18,274 nt of DNA from positions 1 through 18,274 of the forward strand of contig JAYTHP010000033.1 of assembly GCA_043732485.1 (NCBI GenBank), read 5' to 3'. How positions within the stretch are numbered: the stretch's first letter is position 1; the number at the start of each line of letters is the position of its first letter. Positions 8,146 through 15,846 of the stretch are shown here, piece after piece. The notes beneath the pieces were generated by a model. That model did not search any database. It saw nothing but the letters and a program-made list of their open reading frames with translations, and was not told the DNA's origin. The stretch is from Oligoflexia bacterium (lineage in GTDB: Bacteria > Bdellovibrionota > UBA1018). The position numbers were made by a program, and so were the translations under genes.

Positions 8146-8931
8146 ATGATGCTTATTACGACGCTTGCTCCCCAGCCAAACACCCTCCGCATGAGCCGCC
8201 ACCCCCACTGGTCCTTACTCGTGGGAGCCTGCCTAGCCCTCCTCCTTGCCACGCCTGCTTTTGCCACCCGTTTCACCAATCAGTTCATCGAATTTGAGTT
8301 ACCCCCCCAGTGGCAATGCCAACTTGAGGGCGCCGAATGGGTCTGCCAAAGCACCCATAATGCGAACAAAAAAGAAGCCATCGTGGTCTTGGCAGCCAAA
8401 TTACAAGGCGAAAAAGACAGCCTAGATCAGTACTTAGTCCATCTCAAGGCACCTAAAAACTTTTTAAGCACCACCGGCCGACCCGTCCAATCGACTCCAA
8501 AATACGCAAACTCCGTCAACCTCAATGGCCAGCCCTGGATCGATAGCTTGCACCTAGACTCGGAAGTGCCGGGGTTTTTTACCCGTTACTTAGCCACCGT
8601 GAAACAAGGCATCGGCGTGTTAGTCACTTACTCGGTGAATAAAAGCAAGTATCAAAACTATATCAATGATTTCAATAACATGATTGCAACCCTGAAGGTC
8701 TTTCATAAGAACGGCGGCATTAACGTCGCCCCACCGTCTGCAGATTTATTTAAGAGCAGTCAGATCCCCAGCAGCATCGGCTCGGAGACGATTTTCCCGG
8801 GTCCGATCGTCTCAGGCGCCGTGGCCACCAACAGCAAGGAGCCTGAAACAAGCTCGCTTAAGGGCATCTTGCTGATTGCAGCCGTCCTAGGCCTACTCTT
8901 ATGGGTAAGAAACCGCAATCGTAACGACTGA
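8146..8931 (+). CDS. Exported hypothetical protein with a C-terminal membrane anchor
   Basis: Signal peptide (..LLLATPAFA-TRF), FELPPQWQCQLEGAEWVC motif, and a C-terminal hydrophobic helix followed by the basic tail RNRNRND. The start may be ATG 8191. Confidence 0.75.
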   Translation: MMLITTLAPQPNTLRMSRHPHWSLLVGACLALLLATPAFATRFTNQFIEFELPPQWQCQLEGAEWVCQSTHNANKKEAIVVLAAKLQGEKDSLDQYLVHLKAPKNFLSTTGRPVQSTPKYANSVNLNGQPWIDSLHLDSEVPGFFTRYLATVKQGIGVLVTYSVNKSKYQNYINDFNNMIATLKVFHKNGGINVAPPSADLFKSSQIPSSIGSETIFPGPIVSGAVATNSKEPETSSLKGILLIAAVLGLLLWVRNRNRND

Positions 8932-8940
8932 CAAACCACG

Positions 8941-9000
8941 GGCGCTAGGGCTAGCAAAAGTAGCAGAAAGAGTAGCAGCAGCGGGAGGAGTAGGAGGAGG
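8941..9000. repeat. Degenerate purine-rich AGY/AGG triplet tract between convergent genes
   Basis: GCTAGGGCTAGCAAAAGTAGCAGAAAGAGTAGCAGCAGCGGGAGGAGTAGGAGGAGG. Confidence 0.45.
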
Positions 9001-9016
9001 CTCTTGCCAGCCTGCC

Positions 9017-10393
9017 TTAGCTTGAAAACCCCCACGCTTTTAAGTCTTTGCGCGCGGGCTTAGGGCCAAGCACCAAGACCCTGCGCTCGGGCGTGGCAAA
9101 TAAAAGCCGCGCCACCCGTTGAATGTCTTGCGGTGTCACTTGGTCAATTGCCTCACAGACGTCTTGTAAGCTCACGTAACGCCCTAAAAACAGCTCATTT
9201 TTTGCAATACTCGACATCCGGGCTTCCGCGCTATCGGCTGAGAGCAAAATGGAGCCCTTCAAATTGTCTTGAATCAAGCGTAATTCTAACGGACTGAGCT
9301 CGCGGTCTTTCAGGCGTTCCAGGCTGCTTTCAATCAGCTGCAAACACAACGGAACCTGCGCCTGACCGGTGGCAACATAGACGGAGAACACCCCGGCATC
9401 GGCAAACGGCGACAAACTAGAATACAGCGTGTAGGCCAGGCCATGGGTTTCCCGAATGCTTTGAAACAAGGCCGAACTCATCCCGCCTCCTAAAAAGACA
9501 TTGAGCAGAAAGATAGCAAAGCGATCCTGTGAGCCATACGAGGGGCCTGGAACACCCCAGATCAAATGCACCTGCTCCGTGTGCCTGGGAATCCAGCGAA
9601 AGCCGGTGGCGGTATTGTCGACCCAAGTGGGATCCGCGCTCTTGGCAAGCGGTAAAAAAGCGACCTGTTGCTGGCTTGCCGCCGCCGCACCCACTAAACC
9701 GCCTGTTGCCTTGGCGGGAAGCGATTTTGGTGACTTGCGCCCCGGCCATTGCTGAGCCAGTAGCGGCTGAATGGCTTTTTTGACTTCTTGGTGCTCAATG
9801 TTGCCTGCCACCGAGACAATCACCTCGCCTGGCTGGTAATGTTGCAAAAAATAGCGCTTCAGCTTCTGTCTGGTCATCGCTTGCACGCTCGCTGGCGTCC
9901 CAAGAATCGGCTGTCCTAATCCCAAATGCCCATAGACCATCTCAAAAAATAGGTCATGCACCAACTCTTCGGGAGTCTCCTCGACCATGGCGATTTCCTG
10001 TAAAATGACCTTCCGCTCGCGGTCCAGCTCTAGCGTCTTAAAGACTGAATGCAGCAAGATATCGGTTAAAATCTCTAAACCCAAGCGATAATCGCGGTCT
10101 AAGATCAGGAGGTGAAAACAGGTGTACTCGCGGGTGGTGAAGGCATTAAACTCGCCCCCCACCTGATCAATCGCCAGCGCAATGTCTAAAGCACTGCGGA
10201 TGGCCGTCCCCTTAAAGAGCATGTGCTCGAGGAAGTGCGACACCCCGCTGATTGGAAGATTCTCATGCCGCGAGCCGACTTTCACCCAAATGCCCATCGA
10301 GACGCTGCGAAAGTTGTCTAGATGCTCAGTGACTAGAGTTAAGCCGTTGTTAAATCTAGATTTTTTGAATTTTCTTACTGGAGTGGTCATCAT
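9017..10393 (-). CDS. M16B (pitrilysin-family) zinc peptidase
   Basis: VGSRHE..GVSHFLEHMLFKGT (HXXEH), NAFTTREYT, LGGGMSSALFQSIRE..GLAY. Start at tandem ATG 10393/10390. Confidence 0.93.
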   Translation of the reverse strand: MMTTPVRKFKKSRFNNGLTLVTEHLDNFRSVSMGIWVKVGSRHENLPISGVSHFLEHMLFKGTAIRSALDIALAIDQVGGEFNAFTTREYTCFHLLILDRDYRLGLEILTDILLHSVFKTLELDRERKVILQEIAMVEETPEELVHDLFFEMVYGHLGLGQPILGTPASVQAMTRQKLKRYFLQHYQPGEVIVSVAGNIEHQEVKKAIQPLLAQQWPGRKSPKSLPAKATGGLVGAAAASQQQVAFLPLAKSADPTWVDNTATGFRWIPRHTEQVHLIWGVPGPSYGSQDRFAIFLLNVFLGGGMSSALFQSIRETHGLAYTLYSSLSPFADAGVFSVYVATGQAQVPLCLQLIESSLERLKDRELSPLELRLIQDNLKGSILLSADSAEARMSSIAKNELFLGRYVSLQDVCEAIDQVTPQDIQRVARLLFATPERRVLVLGPKPARKDLKAWGFSS

Positions 10394-10588
10394 TTTTTTT
10401 CTTTTTTCTCGCAAGTCACGCGGGTCACTGCAGAGGAGGGTTAAGTGCAAAATCTACTGTAGCAGTGGTGGCGGTCGCCGTCGTTCAGAGGGGTTTTTCT
10501 CTCCTGCACACCAGTGAATCGGGGCTCTTGCTGCCGCCTCAAAAGCCCAGGGTTCCCCTGCAACCGCTGACACCCCTCAATGAGCCAG

Positions 10589-11683
10589 TCAATCCGCCCC
10601 AGGCAAGGGCTCAGCCAATGGATCCATCAGGAGCGGGTCAAGTGCGTTCGCCTTCCGCTTCACTTGAGGAGCCGACGACTCCCCTTGTGACTTTAGAGAA
10701 CGTTCTACCAGAGATAGCGCTTTTTTTAAATGGGCAATATGCGCAATTCCGGTGCCCGGAATCGCAAGCGGCGCCGTGGTCACCCCAATCACAATCCCGG
10801 TATGGGGCGCCCGCATTTGGGTGACCGTCTTGCCAAAGGGGTTTAACAGGGTGGCAATCAAATCACCCTTGTAAATCAGCTCTCCCGGTTTCACCGCCAG
10901 ATCCAAAATACCGCCTTTTTCTGCGCGCACCCAGTCGCTGGCTTTGACGATCACTTGAAAGGGGGGCCTACGACTCTTCTTCTTGCGCGGTAACATCTCA
11001 ATGGCCTCCAGCACGTTGAGCACCCCCCGCAAGCCCGCTAAGGAGACTTTTTGGGAAAAACGGGCGGTTTCTCCGGCTTCAAAGAGAATGGTAGGAATGC
11101 CAATATTAGTGGCCTCCCGGCGCAACGAACCGACCACCCCGGGTTGATCCAGCACGATACTCGCACCAAAAGCCCGCGCCAGCCTCCGCACCAGCGGCTG
11201 GCTCATATCGCCGCGCACATGCGGTAAATTCACCCGCCCCATCGCTGCCGTGTGCAGATCAATGCCAAAGTCACATTTCTTAACAATCTCGTTGAACAAC
11301 AAGTAAGCAAAGCGCTCGGCGTTGTTGCCTTTGCGACGACCCGGGAAAAAGCGATTCAAATCGCGGTGATACGGTAAATAGCGCGTTTGCATCAAAAAGC
11401 CTGGGATGTTGACCACCGGTAAGGCGACCAGTGTGCCAGACAGCTCGGCGTGGTTGACGTCAAAAATCAGACGTCGCACGATGTCAGTGCCATTGATCTC
11501 ATCGCCGTGAATCGCAGCCGTCACTAAGACCACCGGTCCGGGCTTTTTACCGCGAATCACGGTGACTGGCACCTGGATGTTGCCTGAGAGAAACGACTCG
11601 GAGACTTCTAAGTAAATCTCCTTGGTCTCACCGCTTGCCACCGGAATTCCGCAAATTGAAATCACACTCTGACTTGAGTCCAT
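10589..11683 (-). CDS. Succinylglutamate desuccinylase/aspartoacylase-family (M14) hydrolase
   Basis: AAIHGDEING, RDLNRFFPG, IDLHT and FEAG motifs, with a C-terminal barrel-sandwich hybrid segment. Confidence 0.9.
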   Translation of the reverse strand: MDSSQSVISICGIPVASGETKEIYLEVSESFLSGNIQVPVTVIRGKKPGPVVLVTAAIHGDEINGTDIVRRLIFDVNHAELSGTLVALPVVNIPGFLMQTRYLPYHRDLNRFFPGRRKGNNAERFAYLLFNEIVKKCDFGIDLHTAAMGRVNLPHVRGDMSQPLVRRLARAFGASIVLDQPGVVGSLRREATNIGIPTILFEAGETARFSQKVSLAGLRGVLNVLEAIEMLPRKKKSRRPPFQVIVKASDWVRAEKGGILDLAVKPGELIYKGDLIATLLNPFGKTVTQMRAPHTGIVIGVTTAPLAIPGTGIAHIAHLKKALSLVERSLKSQGESSAPQVKRKANALDPLLMDPLAEPLPGAD

Positions 11684-11720
11684 CTCTTGAATAGTATAGA
11701 AATTTTAGCAATCGTATGAA
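11684..11720. promoter_or_regulatory. Putative compact bidirectional promoter
   Basis: The divergent gap is only 32 bp. TAGTAT on + (11692-11697) overlaps TACTAT on - (11696-11691). The minus -35 candidate TTCATA (11720-11715) lies 18 nt upstream. Confidence 0.4.
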
Positions 11721-12954
11721 GCAAAAAAAACAAAAATTAGCAGAAAATCGAAAAAAAGCGACAAAATCGACTCTCTTACCGAACCAAAGCCTCAGTCTCT
11801 CGTCCGAAGGTTCCTCTTTTGCGCCTCGCTCGTCATTCGTCATCCCCGGCAGGCTGTCGTCATCAGCCGCTGGCGAGATAAAAAACCTGGACCTGGAGGA
11901 GCGCGAAGACGAGGAGCTGAGCGCAGACGACAACGCAGACGACGCACAGGACCCTGCGACCGACGAAAGCACGGACGAACTTTTTGACGAACTTGCCACC
12001 CACCACTCGCCGGTCATGACCTCCCCTGTGAGCCAACTCCCGCAAGTCAGCAATACCGCCCAGGATCTCACCCACTCCGAGAGTGACTCCACCGCGTTAT
12101 TGCCCTCGCAAGGCTCCACCGCCCAAGATCCCCTCAGGCGTTACCTGGAAGAAATCCGCCACTATCCCTTGCTCGATGCCCATCAGGAATTCGATCTCGC
12201 CATCGAGCTGCGCGAGACCGGCGATCTCCGCGCGGCCAAAAAACTAGTGTCCGCCAATTTAAGACTCGTTGTCAAAATTGCCTTTGAATACCGCATGTTC
12301 TACTCCAACGTGCTTGATCTCATCCAGGAAGGCAACATGGGTTTAATGAAGGCCGTGTCTAAATTTGAGCCGCACAAGGGAGCCCGCCTGGGCTATTACG
12401 CCTCCTGGTGGATTCGCTCCTACATCCTCAAATACTTGCTCGACAACTTCCGCCTGGTGAAATTAGGCACCACCCAAGCGCAAAAGAAACTGTTCTACCA
12501 CCTCATGAAGGAAAAAGAGAAGCTTGAGGCCCAAGGCTTGGTCGCCTCGCCCAGACTGTTGTCAGAAAAGCTAAATGTCCGGGAAAAAGACGTGATCGAG
12601 ATGGAGCAACGACTCTCAGGCCGGGGTGGGGAAATGTCGCTTGACGCGCCTATTGACCAGGACTCGGAAGGCACGCCGACCTCTTACCTTGATCTCTTAA
12701 AAGACCAAACCGAGGGCGCCGATGTCATTTTAGCGCAAAACCAATTGCTCGACTTGCTCCACGAACGACTGCCGCATTTTGCCAAGACTTTGTCAGAAAA
12801 AGAACTGCGCATCTTGCAAGATCGCATCCTGGCTGAGGAGCCCAAGACCCTGCAAGAGTTAGCAGATCTCTACTCGCTGACCCGCGAGCGGGCGAGGCAA
12901 ATTGAGGCTAAGGTCTTGGAAAAGCTAAAAGTCTTCTTGAAGGACTATATTTGA
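11716..12954 (+). CDS. rpoH: RNA polymerase sigma factor, RpoH/sigma-32-like, with a long acidic N-terminal extension
   Basis: Region 1.2 DPLRRYLEEI, region 2 NLRLVVKIA/DLIQEGNMGLMKAV/YASWWIR, RpoH-box-like TTQAQKKLFYHL, region 4 TLQELADLYSLTRERARQIE. Confidence 0.85.
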   Translation: MKQKKQKLAENRKKATKSTLLPNQSLSLSSEGSSFAPRSSFVIPGRLSSSAAGEIKNLDLEEREDEELSADDNADDAQDPATDESTDELFDELATHHSPVMTSPVSQLPQVSNTAQDLTHSESDSTALLPSQGSTAQDPLRRYLEEIRHYPLLDAHQEFDLAIELRETGDLRAAKKLVSANLRLVVKIAFEYRMFYSNVLDLIQEGNMGLMKAVSKFEPHKGARLGYYASWWIRSYILKYLLDNFRLVKLGTTQAQKKLFYHLMKEKEKLEAQGLVASPRLLSEKLNVREKDVIEMEQRLSGRGGEMSLDAPIDQDSEGTPTSYLDLLKDQTEGADVILAQNQLLDLLHERLPHFAKTLSEKELRILQDRILAEEPKTLQELADLYSLTRERARQIEAKVLEKLKVFLKDYI

Positions 12955-12955
12955 T

Positions 12956-12984
12956 TTGCAATCTCAGTTTGGAACTGTTAGCAA
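12956..12984 (+). promoter_or_regulatory. Putative rpsO-pnp promoter
   Basis: TTGCAA (12956-12961), 17 nt ending TGT, TAGCAA (12979-12984), followed by an A-rich leader. Confidence 0.45.
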
Positions 12985-13036
12985 TCAAAAATTAACAAAA
13001 AAAACTTAACCCTCGTGAAATTTAGGTAAACACACC

Positions 13037-13360
13037 ATGGCCGGAAAAACCGCATTAAGAGAAAAAAAATCAATTGTCATCGAAAAGTATAGCCAAGCGC
13101 TTGCCGCTCATAAGGCCCCCGAGGGCGGAGCCAAGATCCAGGAGCGCCGCGACACCGGATCGCCTGAAGTGCAAGTGGCCCTACTCACCCATCACATCAA
13201 TGATCTCAACGAGCATTTCAAGAAGTTCCCCAAGGATCATCACTCGAAACGAGGTCTCCTCAAGATGGTAGGCCAGCGCCGCAGGCTGCTCACCTACTTA
13301 AAGGGTCGAGATCATCATCGTTATTCGCAGCTCATTCTGTCACTCGAACTGCGCAAGTAG
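13037..13360 (+). CDS. rpsO: 30S ribosomal protein S15 (with an insertion)
   Basis: [53 protein letters not shown], in the canonical position upstream of pnp. Confidence 0.97.
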   Translation: MAGKTALREKKSIVIEKYSQALAAHKAPEGGAKIQERRDTGSPEVQVALLTHHINDLNEHFKKFPKDHHSKRGLLKMVGQRRRLLTYLKGRDHHRYSQLILSLELRK

Positions 13361-13363
13361 GGC

Positions 13364-13537
13364 TTTTGCCGCAATAAAGAGCAGGGACGAGTCGCTTTTC
13401 ACGCTTCAAGCAAGCAGGGAGTGAAAGCGTCTAGACCTACGTCATCTTGTTTGGCAAGGGAGCGGCAAAAATTGATCGCCCAGCCCGAGACGGTAGGTTA
13501 AAGAAATAGCTTCGGCAAAAATCTAGTTACCGTCTTG
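13364..13537 (+). promoter_or_regulatory. Structured rpsO-pnp intergenic leader (two long hairpins)
   Basis: TTTTGCCGC (13364-72)/GCGGCAAAA (13462-70) encloses CGCTTTTCAC/GTGAAAGCG. CGAGACGGTAG (13486-96)/TTACCGTCTTG (13527-37) encloses a cTTCGg tetraloop. Confidence 0.55.
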
Positions 13538-13629
13538 CGAGCTTCAGACGCTTACCACCTCAGTTTTACACGTATTCATTGACACAACGGACCTCTTCAA
13601 CGGCCCCTCTTAAAGGAGAATCAAACATC

Positions 13630-15846
13630 ATGCACCGAGTTTCACGCGAAATAGGCGGTAGAACCTACTGGATTGAAAGTGGAAAACTAGCAAAACAAGC
13701 CAACGGCTCAGTGCTCGTCGGCTGTGGCGACACCCGCATTTTAGCTACGGTTTGTTCCTCAAAAGAACCAAAAGTCGGGATTGATTTTTTCCCGCTCACG
13801 GTGGAATTTGCTGAAAAGTTCTACGCTGCAGGCAAGATTCCGGGCAGTTTTCATAAGCGCGAGGGGCGCCCCACTCAGGAAGCGACGCTCTCGGCAAGGA
13901 TGATTGATCGACCGATTCGACCGCTATTTCCGGAAGGCTATTATTACGACACCCAGCTGGTGATCACGGTCTTGTCGGCCGACCCTGAGGCGGATTTAGA
14001 TGTTGCAGCGGCACTGGGGGCCTCAGCTGCGTTGCACTTATCGGACATTCCTTTTCGTGGACCGACTGCGGCTTGCCGTATGGGCCGTGTGCAGGGCAAG
14101 TGGGTGATTAATCCGACTTGGAAGCAAATCCATAAGAAGGAAAGTGATTTAGAGATTTTAGTGGCCGGAACAGCTGACGCCATCATGATGGTGGAAGGTG
14201 GGGCCCAAGAAGCCTCCGAAAGCGATGTCTTGCAGGCGATCTTGCAGGGTCACAAGGTGATTCAGCAGATGATCCCGATGATTGAGGAGTTAAGGCAACT
14301 GGCTGGCAAGCCGAAGAAAGTTTTTACGGCCGACACGATCGACACCAGACTCACCCAGATGGTGCGAGCGGAAGCAAGCGCAGGGTTAGCTGAGGCACTA
14401 CGCACGAAGGACAAGCCGATTCGAGCAGAAAAGATCAGCCACACTAAAAAAGCCTTACAAGAGGCTTTCTTGCGCTCGGCACTCTTTAGCACTGCGGCAG
14501 CGGAGCTGGTGGCAGCGGGGGCGACGAGTGAGAGTGCTAAAGGCAAGCTCGTGACGGCGATTAAATCCGCTTTTGAAAACCTGCAGTATCAATTGATGCG
14601 CGAGATGATCTTAAGTGAAGGGATTCGTATTGATGGTCGCGACACGCAAACGATTCGACCGATTGCGGTGGAAGTCGGCTTGCTGCCGCGCGCGCACGGT
14701 AGTGCATGTTTTACTCGCGGCGAGACGCAGGTCTTGGCGGCCGTGACCTTAGGAACGTCAGATGACGAGCAGATCATTGACTCCTTGTTTGAAAACAGCA
14801 TGCGTCAGTTCATGTTGCACTATAATTTCCCTCCCTTTAGCGTCGGTGAGACCGGACGCATGGGTGGTCAATCCAGGCGAGAAATCGGGCATGGGGCGTT
14901 GGCGGAGCGCTCGATTTTAGCGAGAATGCCAGGACAAGATCGCTTCCCTTACACGGTAAGAATTGTTTGTGAAACCTTAGAGAGTAATGGTTCCTCGTCG
15001 ATGGGCTCGGTTTGCAGCGCTTCGATGGCCTTAATGGATGCTGGTGTGGCGTTTGTGAAGCCTGTGGCAGGCATTGCCATGGGTCTCATTAAGGAAGACC
15101 AGCGGATGGCGGTGCTGTCTGACATCTTAGGGGATGAAGATCACTTAGGCGACATGGATTTTAAGGTGGCAGGCACGGCTGACGGCATCACTGGCATTCA
15201 GATGGACATCAAGATTGAGGGCGTGGACCAGCAGATTCTTGAGAAAGCCTTAGCGCAAGCCAAGCTGGGGAGATTGCACATCTTAAAAGAGATGAGTCAC
15301 GCGATTGAAGCACCGCGGGGACAAATGTCACTTTATGCACCTCGCATCACCACAATCATGGTTCCGGTGGACAAGATTCGAGAAGTGATTGGTTCGGGCG
15401 GGAAGGTGATTAAAGATATTATCGCGCAAACCGGCTGTAAAATTGATATCAATGATGACGGTAAGATCAATATTGCGTCTAACGACGGCGAAGCCGCTCA
15501 GAAGGCGATTGATTTGATCCGTGGCATTACGGCGCAAGTGGAAGTCGGCACGGTTTACAAAGGCACAGTGAAGAAGATTGTCGAGTTCGGTGCTTTTGTC
15601 AGTATTTTGCCCAATCAAGAAGGTTTGTTGCACATCTCTGAGATTGCCCATGAGCGGGTACAAAATGTCCAAGACTATCTGAAAGAAGGCGATGTGATTG
15701 ACATCTCAGTGCTCGAAGTCGACAAGTCGGGCAAGATCCGCTTATCGCGCAAAGTGCTACTCCCGGTGCCTGCAGGTCAGGAAAATCGGGGCAATAGTGG
15801 CGGCAGTGGCGCAAAGCGACCGCCGTTACCACGACCGAACCGTTAA
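13630..15846 (+). CDS. pnp: Polyribonucleotide nucleotidyltransferase (PNPase)
   Basis: DFFPLTV, RMIDRPIRPLFP, HGSACFTRGETQ, RREIGHGALAER, ESNGSSSM, DHLGDMDFKVAG, then KH and S1 domains. AAAGGAG RBS before ATG 13630. Confidence 0.98.
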   Translation: MHRVSREIGGRTYWIESGKLAKQANGSVLVGCGDTRILATVCSSKEPKVGIDFFPLTVEFAEKFYAAGKIPGSFHKREGRPTQEATLSARMIDRPIRPLFPEGYYYDTQLVITVLSADPEADLDVAAALGASAALHLSDIPFRGPTAACRMGRVQGKWVINPTWKQIHKKESDLEILVAGTADAIMMVEGGAQEASESDVLQAILQGHKVIQQMIPMIEELRQLAGKPKKVFTADTIDTRLTQMVRAEASAGLAEALRTKDKPIRAEKISHTKKALQEAFLRSALFSTAAAELVAAGATSESAKGKLVTAIKSAFENLQYQLMREMILSEGIRIDGRDTQTIRPIAVEVGLLPRAHGSACFTRGETQVLAAVTLGTSDDEQIIDSLFENSMRQFMLHYNFPPFSVGETGRMGGQSRREIGHGALAERSILARMPGQDRFPYTVRIVCETLESNGSSSMGSVCSASMALMDAGVAFVKPVAGIAMGLIKEDQRMAVLSDILGDEDHLGDMDFKVAGTADGITGIQMDIKIEGVDQQILEKALAQAKLGRLHILKEMSHAIEAPRGQMSLYAPRITTIMVPVDKIREVIGSGGKVIKDIIAQTGCKIDINDDGKINIASNDGEAAQKAIDLIRGITAQVEVGTVYKGTVKKIVEFGAFVSILPNQEGLLHISEIAHERVQNVQDYLKEGDVIDISVLEVDKSGKIRLSRKVLLPVPAGQENRGNSGGSGAKRPPLPRPNR

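Noticed and set aside
8019..12119. Alternative ORFs 8019..8279, 8760..9035, 9417..9783, 10182..10824 and 11628..12119
   Set aside because: They overlap well-supported genes; the poly-Leu and poly-Ser stretches come from the antisense of repeats or acidic codons.
13579..13629. TTG start for pnp
   Set aside because: A strong AAAGGAG SD points to ATG 13630.
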